Assembly (NCBI GenBank): GCA_051294375.1 | Contig: CM119269.1 | Span: forward strand, 6,309,919-6,373,918 | Length of the DNA: 64,000 nt | Source of the DNA: Paraspadella gotoi | Lineage: Eukaryota > Animalia > Chaetognatha | Direction: 5' to 3' | Shown here: positions 50,073 to 62,141 of the stretch, piece after piece | Layout of the letters: every line of letters begins with the position of its first letter | How positions within the stretch are numbered: position 1 is the first letter of the stretch | Program-made: the position numbers and the translations under genes | The notes under the pieces: generated by a model | What the model saw: only the letters and a program-made list of their open reading frames with translations | What the model was told of the DNA's origin: nothing | Database searches by the model: none

Positions 50073-50453
50073 TCACGTGGTTTTCGTTAATAAATGTATA
50101 TTCCACGATCTTTATTTGATTTTTACCGAACAAATCGCTCAAAGTAGTTAGAACATAAAGCATTTTTTTGTTATCAGAAGATATTGTACTATAAGTCTGA
50201 GTTAAGAGCTGTTGTTTGCTGTTTGTTTATATGTTTTGGTTTTTGGAGCTCTGATTATTAGTAACAAAAGGATGCGCCCGTCTTCTATTTGAAATTTTGA
50301 CCATGCAGTCTTATCATTTTTTAGTTTTATACATGCTTATTGTAATATGAATTTTATTTCGGACGCTTTGATTTATTTTTCTAAGATTTATACATTGATC
50401 TCACGAAGAAAATAATATTCTACTTTTGCTCGAGCCGTAACTCTTTCGACAAA

Positions 50454-53400
50454 ATGTCGGAATTGGCAATGCCGGTGGCCCCGGCTGTGGAAGGCGCTGC
50501 CCAGCCCAACGGTGCCGCCCCTCAACAGGCTCAACAGCAGCAAACGTCGTGGGGGGAAATGGTGAAGGGGCTCCTGTGGAGATTTCTCATTATGTACTTT
50601 ATCATGAACCTGTTTCGTGGCAACAAGAACGCCACGCCTCCCACGACCGCCAAGGACGGGAAAGCCGTAGTTCCCGGCGCGAATCTTCAGTCGAGTAACT
50701 TTTTCGAGAGAGGAACTCTCATGGATTTGTACATCTACGCCTCAGAACACGAGAGGATGAAATGGGTCGCGGGGAAAAAGCCCACACATCCCGGTGAGAA
50801 TTTTGCTGAGGGAAACAGTTACTCGAAAGGCCGTAGCTATAAGAGGAACAGACTGATACATAATGCTACGGTACATAAACAATTTTCAATAAAAAGCTAG
50901 ATAATAGAACTCAACATTTTTTGGCTTATCACATGTTTATTACCAAATATTAAATGATAGAAAACAGTAATGTTAAATTGGCGGAGAAATTGTACTCCGA
51001 TTACACAACAAATTACTCTACTCTAATTTCTAACTATTTTAGGTTCCCACCCCAACGCCGTTTTGTTGTGGAAACTGGAGGACATTGAGTACGGTGACTG
51101 GACGAGTGGACCCAAAGGCGACGGCGTCCACTCCACCTCGATCACCATCCCCATCTCCCAGAAGGTCCAGCGCAACGCTTCGGTTTTCGCCCACGCCTTC
51201 TTCGTGCGCGCGGGGTACTCTCCCAACCCCCACGACACGGACACTTACCAACGTACGGCCACCGCCTACAAGTCCGTCAGGCTCAACAAATATAAAAAGA
51301 AAAGGTTGGTTGTTGGTAATTGGATTAACATTTTTTTTTAAGTATTTTTTATCATGCAATATCGCCTCCAACAGATTTGTACGAAAAACGTCAAATCTGC
51401 TGACGGGCGCGACAGAGGTTGACCAGACGACGGTGGTCGAGTTGGGCAAGAAGATGCCGGTGGAGATCGTTTCTCACCTTCACCCAAATATCACAGTGCA
51501 AATAGTGGACGATCACACGCATTGGGTTCAAGGTCAAGTCCCTCAGCCTCTCAGCGACTTTATCGAGTTCGACAAGTGAGTTTTTTTTTAACTACGACAA
51601 CAACGCGGCCGCCGTCCTGTGGACTTCGACCTCTTTGCCTGTCGAGGTCCTTCATAGGCGGCCTAGAATAAAACCGAATGCTCGTAAGGCGATCCCAAAA
51701 GATTGCGGCCGATAGCTTTAGGGTCCGTTCGCAAGCCCTGCGAGCATGCACAAAAAGAAAATGAAACTTTAACAAATGATCTTTGATCAATGGGTAATTT
51801 CGTCTTTTTTTCAACGATTAACGTTTCCTTACCTTCCAGATTCTCTGCTCGTTACTTTCCCATCGTCTTCTTCAACGACTACTGGAACTTAAACAAAGAC
51901 TACGTGGCCATCAACGAAACGGTGGAGGAGTTTAACCTTACCCTCACCTTCAACCACCTCACCATGTGGAAGTGGCAGATGTATGCCGCCCAGAGCGTTA
52001 AGCACAAGTGGATGGGCGGCTTCACCGAACTCATGGTCGACGAGTCCGACGAGGATCAGGTTAAAATATTTTGCTCTTCCATTTTTTAGATATGGCTTTA
52101 TAGCTTTACATGATTTATTTTATATCAGGACGCTTTAAAAGAGGCAATGCTGGACACGAACCCTTACCTTCTCGCGATGACGATCGCCGTGACCTTACTT
52201 CACTCCGTCTTCGAATTCTTGGCCTTTAAGAACGACATTCAGTTCTGGAAAAACCGAGAAACGCTCGAAGGCCTTTCGGTTAGTGCTGGATTATCTTTTC
52301 GTGTTGCAGATTAAGTTTATTTGGATATTGTCGTGTTTTGATTAGTTATAGATAAATTTTTATTTTGTTGCTTAAATCTAAGATTTGATGTTATTTTTTA
52401 ATATTAATATTCAATTACGAGACACATTGGACATCGTGGACTAAGAACTACTCTTAGCAAAAAAAAAAAATTTTCACCGTCGCAATCCAAAAACAGGTTC
52501 GCACCGTATTCTGGAACGTGGGACAAAGCGTCATCGTTCTTCTCTACGTTTGCGACAACGAGACCAACTTCATGGTAAAGATCTCCATCGGTATCGGACT
52601 CCTTATAGAAATCTGGAAAATAACCAAAGTCACCGACGTCTCTTTAGATTTCGAGAACAAGTGAGCCTTGAAGCTTTGGTGGGGGACTGGGGAGGGTGGA
52701 AAGTAGCCTCGAAATTAGTCCAAGTCAATGACTGTGAAAATGCTCACTAATCAATCTTTTCTTACGTTTATCCCTTCTCCTCCTCTTCCCCCCCTCCCCC
52801 TGTCTGCGTTTAAAGATTTCTCGGCCTCGTTCCTCGCCTCCTCATTAAGGACAAAAAGACTTACACTGATTCCGACACGAAAAAGTACGACAAGCTGGCC
52901 TTTCGCTACCTGTCCTGGCTGCTGTTCCCCCTTGTGGCCGGCTACAGCGTTTATTCCCTTTTCTACAACGAGCACAAGGGCTGGTACTCGTTCGTGCTCT
53001 CCGTCGCCTACGGTTTTCTTCTCACCTTCGGCTTCATCATGATGACGCCACAACTCTTCATCAACTACAAGATGAAGTCCGTTGCCCATCTCCCCTGGAG
53101 GATGATGACTTATAAGGTGTGCGCGGTGCCGGTGGCTGAGGAATATACTGCAGCTGGGTTAAAGGTTTGGTGGTCGATGAACGATCAAATATTTTTCTAC
53201 CTTCAGGCGCTCAACACCTTCATTGACGACATCTTCGCCTTCATCATTAAGATGCCGATGATGTACCGCATCGGTTGCCTCCGCGACGACGTCATCTTCT
53301 TCATTTTCCTCTACCAGCGGTGGCTCTACCCCGTCGACCCAACTCGCGTCAACGAGTTCGGAACCTCGGAGGAACTCCTGCGAAAGATCGAGCTGGAGAA

Positions 53401-53512
53401 GCAGCAGCAAAATGGCGCCATCGTGGCCAACGGGGATGTTCACGAAGTCGAGGCCGACGACGCCGCTGGCGGGGATTCCGAGAAGGCGTCGGTGGACAAG
53501 AAGAACGAATAA
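50454..53512 (+). CDS. CLPTM1: CLPTM1 family lipid scramblase
   Basis: YFPIVFFNDYWNL, LLHSVFEFLAFKNDIQFWK, GFIMMTPQLFINYKMKSVAHLPWRMMTYKALNTFIDDIFAFIIKMP, YQRWLYPVDPTRVNEFG. Confidence 0.96.
51606..51755 (+). ncRNA. Intronic box H/ACA snoRNA candidate
   Basis: Hairpin 1 (GGCCGCC/GGCGGCC and GGACTTCGAC/GTCGAGGTCC around an internal pocket), H box AGAATA at 51665-51670, hairpin 2 (ATGCTCGTAAGGC/GCCCTGCGAGCAT), ACA at 51750-51752; about 150 nt GC-rich island in an AT-rich intron. Confidence 0.85.
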
Positions 53513-54005
53513 CTCGAGCGGCCCGCCTCCCCCTCTCCTTGGCCTGCCGGCTCATGAGAACGCTTGGACCTCGAAACTTTTCTTTTCGTTTCATTGTCAT
53601 TTTTTTTCCTTCTTCTTCTTAATTTCGTTTTTTAATCTTATTGAGTTGATGGTGATTTCATTCCGTTCATATCGTTGTCTCGCTATTACTCTCTGATTTA
53701 TAGTTGTCTCACGATCCAATGTTGAACAAGAAATCTTTTTTTTTCTTTTGATAAGAGACGTTTCTCTAACGCGTCCGCGCGACGGAATTTCGAATTTAGC
53801 TTTTGGTTGTTTTTTTTTTTTTTTTTTATCAAGGTTTCAATGTCGTTCGTGTTTAAAAATTTAAAAAAATCTAGTCGAATATATTTTTTGGCTTCTTTGC
53901 TAATTCAGTTATATTGGTAGATAAAAGTGTAATATTCTTTATCTTTTTCTTGCCTATAGAACTATACAATTTACAATATTGAATATAACATTTACTAAAA
54001 AAATC

Positions 54006-55944
54006 ATGACTCAAACGTCCAACATTAAGAACGAGCAGGAGGAGAAAAAACGGGAGAAAAAGAGTCGGACGGACTTTCCTTCAAAGGTGAGAGTCGGACT
54101 CTGTTGCCTCTATAATTTCTCCGCATCCGCCCTGTGTACACTTTCATCTTTCCTTGCCAGGTCGTGGTGCGCCATCTCCCTCCCGCCATGACCGAAGAGA
54201 TGTTTTTCGAGGCCGCGCCGAACCTTCCTCCTCACGATTATTTTTGTTTCGTTAAGGCCGACCCAAAGCTTAAACCCTTCGCTTTTGGCAGGTTCGTAAT
54301 TCTTAAATAAAAAAAATATTTATATACTACATATTATATAATTATTATGAAAATAACCGTGCTAGCTGAAAAAAAGTTTGAACCTCCTTTAATTTTTCCC
54401 GCCAGAGCTTACATCAACTTCCTGGATCGAGAGGGCGTCATCGAATTCTCGAAATCCTTTAATCAGTTATCGCTGACCGACGCCGCCGGAAACGAGTCCA
54501 GCGTCATTGTCGAGTTTGCACCGTTTCAAAAGACGCCCCGCCCCAAGGTGCGAAAGCGTGACGCCAAGATCGACACCATCGAAGACGATCCCGACTTTAT
54601 CAAGGTTGATCGGGCTGACCTATTTGGCCCCCAGTTCTCTATGAATTATAAATTTATTCACTAAATTAATATTTATTCTACTCTCCCGCCGGTTGTCCTC
54701 AGTTCCAACAGCAGATCGAGCAGCCAGACGATTCCGCCACGGGACCCACGACGACGGATCAGATGCTGGAGGAGATCGAGGCGGCGGCGAAGATGCGCGT
54801 CACCGCCTCCAAGACGACCACGCCGCTCATCGACTTTCTCAAGCAGAAGAAGGAAGAGCGAAAGTCGGCCAATGAGAGGCTGAGAATAAAGGAGGCGGAC
54901 AGGAGGCGGAGAAGGGAGGAGGATGCCAAGAAGAGAAAAGAGAGGGAGAGACAGAGGATCTTGGAAAAGTTGGAGCGGAGGGAGGAGGAGAAGAAGAGGA
55001 GAGTCCTAGCGAAACTCGCCAGGGAGAAAGAGCGAAAGAGGGGAGCGGCGGCGGGGACGGTGACGGAGGGAAAGGAGCGACAGGAGCCGCGTTCGAGAGA
55101 GGCGGAAGTGGAGGAGAGGAACGAATACCGAAGAGAGGAAAGGAGCGAGACTAAAGGATCGAGGGAGGAAGGAAAAGCGAGGGGCGGCGGAAAGAGGGAG
55201 AGGGAGTTTGAGGATAGGGAGGAGAGGAAGAAGGGGAGAGAAAAGGAGGGATATCGCGGAGGAAAAAAAGGATCTACATCCGCCAGACAGGAAAGGGACA
55301 ATCGCGATTTCAAGCAGGAAAAGTCGGACAAATACGGTTCTTCGAAAGGCGGCAGGGCGGACGGGAGACGGGAGCGGCGCCAAGAAATGGGGCGTGGCGA
55401 TGGCCGAGATCATAATCGAGCCGAAGAGCCTCCTGTAAGAGAAGAAGTCAGTGACAAAGAATCTCTCGCTAACGAAGGTCGACGACGAAAGGACAGAGGA
55501 GCTACTCTCGAAGAATTGGAAGGAGTCGCCGCCTCCGCTGCTACCGGCGCCGCTGCCGTCAAACCGGAGGAAATGAAACCTTCCAAGGGAGGCAAGTTTT
55601 CCTATCGAAACCAGAGGTCTCTCAGGATGAAAGCGGATCTGGAGCGCGCCAACGAAAGCGACGGCGTCTCTGACTCTCCGCGCAGCCCTGTCGAAGAACG
55701 CGCCGGCGACGGCGATCGTTTAAGGATGGAGATGCAGGAAACTCCGACTCAGCGAGAAGATGAAGCTCCCGACGAAACGCGTCGATCCGGGCGAAGGGTC
55801 CGGCCCGAACGCGCCATCTATCAACCCGGCGCTCTTCGTGGTCGTAAGGGGAAAGAGGACGAGGCTGCGAAGGGTCGAAGGTCCCCGGATCATGTGCCTG
55901 GCGTCACGAGGGGCACCGGCGCAGACAAGGAGTCCAGTGTTTGA
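54006..55944 (+). CDS. UPF3: Regulator of nonsense transcripts 3
   Basis: KVVVRHLPP, RAYINF, IVEFAPFQK, TIEDDPDF, TTPLIDFLK, and an EJC-binding-like motif RPERAIYQPGA. Confidence 0.95.
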
Positions 55945-56300
55945 TGGACTCTCCCTTTTGCGGCGAAGAATTTGTTGGACCCGCGAATACCCGAAATTTC
56001 TTTCAAGTCATTACATATAGCTTATTTAGAATGTATTAACCCTATATTATTATGCTATATAATGAATGTTATCCCTTCGATTAACCTGCTTGTTTTTGTT
56101 ACGGCTGATTTTGCCTACCGTTTATTTAATAAAAAAATTCGAATTTGACTGTGGAATTGTGTATTTTGATTATTAATATACTGTAGTTGTGCGATTTAGA
56201 CAAATAGGTGATAAATACAGTGTAATATAACTATTGAATAATATAAATAGCTCGTTATTTTTACCTTTTAGTTTTAATCCATCGCCGAAATTTTGAGAAA

Positions 56301-58801
56301 ATGAATTGTAAAGCGGGACGTCGAAGATTCGTTCAGTCTAGTCAGCAGGTCGGTCATCTAATCTTTAGCTCCGTACAAAACTTATTTTTTAGGGAATAGT
56401 ATATGCAAATTGGAAGATATTTTTACCGAATTATTCAATATTTATGCATACTATGGTCGCGACCTTCCGTCTCAGTTCTCGCTTTTCACTTGGCCGAGCG
56501 ACGTGCGACTCAACGATGTTCAATGGAAAAACCGTCCAGGAAACTGTGTCACGTCCGGCGATGTCCGTTTGAAAGATGACGACGGTCCCGGAACTCGGGT
56601 CGACAGTCTCGATGTCCCATTTGAAAGAAAAGTAGGGAACAGCGCTCCCGTCGATAGCCCATTTAAAAACCTGGCGAAGTACCGAGTCCATAACGTTCGT
56701 TCGACGCACAAACCTGTAAAGCCAATTCGAGAAGTTGTCGTGTTGAAGGTTCCCGTCATCCGAAAGAATGCAGACATTTCTAGGTTTGCGCTAACATTGA
56801 GCATTATATATATGCATGTTCCATAGATATTATTTATATGTAGTCGCATTTAGCTGATTATTTTGAACAGTAAAAAATTAATGGACGTTTTACCGCCACC
56901 TGGCGTCTCAAAGAATGATTCAGTTTCCCGCCAAAGGCAGTTTTATTGGCAAATGATCCCCGCATCAGAACAGTCAGGTTTTATATACATATCTTGATTC
57001 TTTTCTATCGCTATTTTGGTTGGGTAGTGCGGGGTAATTCGGAACACTTTTGGAAGTAATAACTTTTTTGTTTTTAGTCAATTTTTAAAAAAAAATTTCT
57101 GGTCATATATTTGAGAAAGTGTCCCCGCTACAGGTTGATGCAGTCGTTTTTTATCTTGAACATTGAAGTGTTCTGGGGCAATTCGGAACACATAATATAT
57201 TATGTATAATTTTTTATAATATTTCAGAAAATAATAACTAAAACACTATTATTTAGAGCATAAAGCCTTTTAATAATGTTATATGTTTAAAAAATTTTAA
57301 ATCTCAGATTCTTATGTGGATAAAAAGATATTTAATATGAAATTGGTACAACCAATATAAAAATTATCCATTCATTTAATAAATAAATTTTGGTACAACC
57401 ATATAAAAATTATCCATTCATTTAATAAATAAATTTTGGTACAACCAATATAAAAATTATCCATTCATTTAATAAATAAATTTTATTCTCACTTATAGAT
57501 AATATAGATATGTAGTCGGGCATTTCCTTAGTTCACCCCGCCTATAAGCATGACACCTTCAGTTGTGACCCGGTGGCTCATTGAGTAAAGACATCAGCTC
57601 TTGGTACCGGGTTCAAACCTAACCTGGTAAACCGCCTTGAGGGCCTGGAAAACCCTCAAGCCTGCTTCCAAGCCCAGGACCCATTCTATGGCTGCTGAGG
57701 GGGCATAGAAGTTACGGATAGTAATCTTCAGCCCACTAAGCGCCTTATCCACAGATACAAATTTGTATACATTTTTTTAATTTTTAGTATTTTTGACAAA
57801 TTTTCTTCAATTCCTGTATTTCGTTCCCATCTTTCTTTTCAATTCATATTGGTTTTTGGCCATTTTTTATTTCCAAGGTTATTTTTTCTTATATTTTTAT
57901 ATCATTTTTAAAATATTATTTCCTATTCCAAATATTTTTATTCACATTATTTTTATATTAATTTCATCTTAATTTTGTCTCAAAATTTAACGCCTAAATA
58001 AGGTTAAAAAATTAGTTTATTCTAAACTTTTGTATCCTTTTATTGTTAAAAATAGATTAAATATTAATTAAAAATAAAATTAATAGTATAACAATTTTTT
58101 CCGCATAATTATTTAACTAATTGTTACTATTATTGAGTAAATTATTACTAACGCGTTATAAAAAGTATGAGGTAACACAGAATAATTACTTTACAGAATA
58201 CAGGTGTTCCGTTTATCCGAAATTTAATTGTCGCTCTATATTATTTTAAAAAAATAATTCAGTTAGTTTTTGGAAATAATCTATACAATAACTAAAAATC
58301 TCGTCAATCAGATATCAATATTTAAGTCATATTACGTCATAATATGAGGCTTGTAAACTGTAAAGTACTACTCAAAGACGAAATTTGACTAGCAACTTTG
58401 AAATTTCTGCTAAAGCTGCTGCAGTAGCAGCCGAATGCTGTAACTTTAAAGTTTAATAATGGAAAGTCAAGTTGGTTAAATATTTAAAGCACCAAAAAAA
58501 ATTATGAAATATCTGTACACAATTGCTTTATATGTCAGGGTTCCGAATTACCCCGCACTCCCCTATGTATTTGTTAAAGCGTTTGAACCTTGGTCGTCCT
58601 TTATATTTTTCAGCGTCCAGTTGCGATTACCTTGAGTTCGACGGCCACGTGGCATATCTTCGTGACCACGCCCACCGTTTGTCCGCTCGCAAAGCGGAAT
58701 TCACTCGCCCTGGTCCAGCATTGTTCGTCTTGGACTTCGAAGACGCGCCCGATGATAAGACTCATTATCGCAAACTCGACTTGGGTCACGGTTATTTGTG
58801 A
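56301..58801 (+). CDS. Orphan protein of about 240 aa; exons 56301-56340, 56393-56783, 56871-56977, 58614-58801
   Basis: Four phase-compatible GT-AG exons with no in-frame stops; no family recognised. Confidence 0.6.
57340..57484. repeat. Tandem repeat, 3 copies of about 46 bp
   Basis: Unit TTGGTACAACCAATATAAAAATTATCCATTCATTTAATAAATAAATT; one similar unit occurs at about 23225-23269. Confidence 0.9.
57570..57760 (+). mobile_element. Second tRNA-derived SINE-like insertion nested in the TIR element
   Basis: A-box-like GGTGGCTCATTGAG (57572) and B box GGTTCAAACC (57610) in a GC-rich island. Confidence 0.5.
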
Positions 58802-59300
58802 AACTTATATGGCCAAAAGATGACTTAAGACTTAAGTTAAGTCGAGAGGGATTTTGTCCCCGCGTTTTTTTGTGATTCGACACGCGTCTTCTCATTAACT
58901 GATTATGGTTTCATAGCGTTAGGCGAGTAAAACTTTTGCTTTCTTTCTTTATACGATTTCAATTAAGTAATTACGATCACACTTGTATTACTTTTTGTAT
59001 TTGTTTTTTTTCCTTTATTACTTTCCCTCAATATCATGAGTGTTTTGTTTACGATTTTATCATGTCGATATTCCTTATATTACATTTCTCTTATTGTTTT
59101 GCCGAAGAATTCGAGTCTTTTGTTTGTGAATGATTTTTATGTTTTGAAGAAACCTTCAATTACTTGATTTTGTAATTACGATTTTGGTATTTTATTAAAT
59201 TTTCCCTCAAGTTGCATGGAGTCTTTTGTTTATTAACGGTCTTCTCCGCTATTCCTTTTGATTTCTTTTCTTATTAAGATTTGCGTTAACATTTGTTGAC

Positions 59301-61848
59301 ATGTGGTCGCAAACGACGATTACGAGCTCCGACTATAGTGTCGTCTCCGCTTCTTTTCCCGCCGTTTCCTCGCTTGCCCACATCCGACTGACCTTCAGCT
59401 CTCGAGACCTGCCCCTCGCTGCCGACGTACGGTCCAGGGTCGTCTTGACGACGCGTCAGCTCATCTTCACGGAGGCAGATCTGTTAGCGGCGCCCGAGAT
59501 CAGCGGCGGAGACGAGGAACCGAGGTGATTTACCATCGCGTTCCCACACTCATCGCTATTATTAATTGCACGATGTTACTCCCACCCTCTCCCCCTAATT
59601 CTCTCAAGTATTTCCATTGTTTTGCCGCGCGCCGCCGACGCCGCCGCGGATTCTCCGCTCCTTCTTCGCCTGCGGAAACTTGGTCTCCGTAGTTCCCCCG
59701 CCACTGAATGCGCTCTCGCAGTTTTTCGGGTAATCTGTTCAAACCGGCTGGCTCTATACATTCTTCCCACGACCTTCAGATCATCCCGATCACGCTCGTT
59801 CTTTCCAAGGAATGCCTGTCTTATACTTTAACGGCGCGATTGGCGCCCCAGTGGAACCGCGTCGGCGCCTTCCTGGTGCAGGGACGAGACTTTCTCACCT
59901 CCGGTGCTAAGTTGGGCGCCGTGCAGGCCCGTTTCGTCGCCGGCGAGAATCAACTCACGATCGCGTTGAGAGCCAATCGGGTCAGATTGATTCCTATCAA
60001 GTTGAAAGGTGCGAGAAGGAATAAATTTAAAAGTAGAGAAGCCGGCATGGATGGTGGATGAGTTAGTTGTAAGTTCTTAGTTAATTAATTATAAGGCCGC
60101 TTTTAGGCCGCTAGAAAGTAGCTTTTATTCTATATTCAAATACATCAATGATCTATTGTTTTTACTTTCGACGACAGTCGTCGCGGGCGAATGATTGGGG
60201 AGTAAGTTAAAAACAAAAGATTTGCTCGCAACCTGTACGTAATCGTTGTACTAAGAACGTGATTGTTTACTTATTATATGAATCGACCAATAGATTTGGG
60301 CGTGGCTCCAGAAGAGGCGGATTCCTGCCGTCTTACCCAATCGAGTAGAGGGATCCAGGATCAAGCTGGAGAAGAGACGTCTCGCCGCGCCGTCGTCGAC
60401 GCTCACTGTCACGTCCTTCCGACGATGGGCAAAGGACGGATAGTGGCCGTGTCCAAGCGGGTTCCTTTATCTGGCGGAAATGATCAGTTCTCAACCTACC
60501 GGTGGTTTTGTGTTTTTTCTTTGGGCGTGAGAGAAAAAAAATTAGAAGAAAGGTTTGACGAAGAAGTTTATTCGTCTTGGCAGAGATTTGAAACGATACT
60601 GGAAAAACTCTTACGGTTATCGTTTGCCGGATGACGAAGACAACGACCAACTCTTCTTTTTTCGCGTGCGATTTTGGAATTTTCCTGGAGAATTTACTTA
60701 TCCCAGGTGTGACGGTGGACGGTTAACTCGTCTTGGTGTTTTGTACGAAACTTTGATTCATTGGGTTTCAACTTTAGCGTTTGTGTTCGTCAATCGATCG
60801 TCGAATTCGTCAGGGAAGACCCAGCTCCAATCATTAGCGATTTTCTACATGATCTCAAGGTGACATTTAATACTCAAAAGATTATTTATAGATAAGTAAT
60901 TTCAATTCTATTTCAGATTTATAATTACTACGTAGATCTTTTTCCTTCATCACCCGATTCTCGCAGACGAAAGTTGCGACTGTCTGCGGCCATGTTCTGG
61001 ACATTTCTCCTCAAATAAGTTATCCAAGCGTTCGTCTAGAGGCGGCCGGCGAAACGGACTCTTTTATATCTAATATCACATCGACGCCACCCGCTCCGAA
61101 AAAAAACCTCAAAACTGTCTATCCTTCCTCTACGTCCGTTTTGTCCTCGGGATCCGTCGAGACCGACTCCGCATGCCACGCCTCCCGCCAGAATTATTCA
61201 ACCCCGAAGAAGATCGTCCCGATCTTTAAGCCACGCATCGGTTTCGCTCGGTCTACATCGAAAATTTCGCCCTTCCTGAAGTCGGCCTCGCCGCCCCCAA
61301 AAGTCATTCCTTCATTTACGCGCCGAATCGAAGCCATTAATTTACCTACCAACAAAGCTGATAACGTCGAAAAGTCAGGCGAGTCGAGATCAGATCAATC
61401 AGCGGCCGTCCCGATGAAACTTTCCTTTGCGCCAAAGCGTCCGCCCGCGTCTTCGTCTCTTGCGAATTCCGGACCCAAAGCGAAACCTTCGTTCGCGTCC
61501 AAAGTTTTTCCTCTCTCACCAAATGGTTGTCATTCGACGGGAAAAGTCGCTCGTCCTCCTTCGTCAAATCCCCCGAAAAACTGGCCCCCGTCCAAAACTG
61601 CTCCGGGCCTCGGTGGGGAGCCGCAGCCGCCCGCCAAGAAGCCGCGCGCCAAGCCCCGCCCACAAGAGGGCGTCGATGTGGCGGCGTTGGCGGCCGCTGG
61701 CGGTACGATGAGCGGAGTGACCGTAGCGACGTTGGCGGCGTGGCTCTCCTCGCGTGGAGTCACTTGCAAAGCCAAGGATAAAAAACCAGACCTTATTAGA
61801 AAAATTTATACGGTTTTGGGAATCCCTGTTATAGAACGAGAGGGATAA
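59301..61848 (+). CDS. C18orf63: C18orf63-like (DUF4708) protein with a C-terminal SAP/HeH-like helix pair
   Basis: CLSYTLTARLAPQWNRVGAFLVQGRDFL, CHVLPTMGKGRI, YWKNSYGYRLP, FTYP; tail VTVATLAAWLSSRGVTCKAKDKKPDLIRKI. Confidence 0.85.
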
Positions 61849-62141
61849 AAGTATTAGTCTAATTTTGTTTTCTTCGCGTTTTGTTTCCAATCATTTTTAG
61901 CTCTACGTCTCCCACTTAGTGGGTTTCTTAGTTTTAATTTAGTTTTTTTTATTTAACTCGCTCATATTTTTATCCAGATTAGTCGGTGATTGTCGAACCA
62001 TTTGCTTTCCTGAATGATAAAAGAAAGAACATTAGAACATATGACTGATTGTGACTCTTGTCTCCGTCATTTTTCTCTCGGAAATAATATGGCCATTACG
62101 TGTTTTTATACTTCCTCCTTTTTCCGTCGAACGATCCCGTG

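Larger units (their letters stand above)
57022..58563. mobile_element. Non-autonomous DNA transposon of about 1.54 kb with 24-bp TIRs, filling an intron
   Basis: Left GGGTAGTGCGGGGTAATTCGGAAC versus right GTTCCGAATTACCCCGCACTCCCC (23/24 match); subterminal copies near 57176 and 58204; no transposase ORF. Confidence 0.8.

Noticed and set aside
50794-50880. Second H/ACA-like RNA in CLPTM1 intron 1 (CCGTAGC…GCTACGG then ACA)
   Set aside because: There is only one short convincing stem, no clear H box, and the putative first hairpin overlaps the splice donor.
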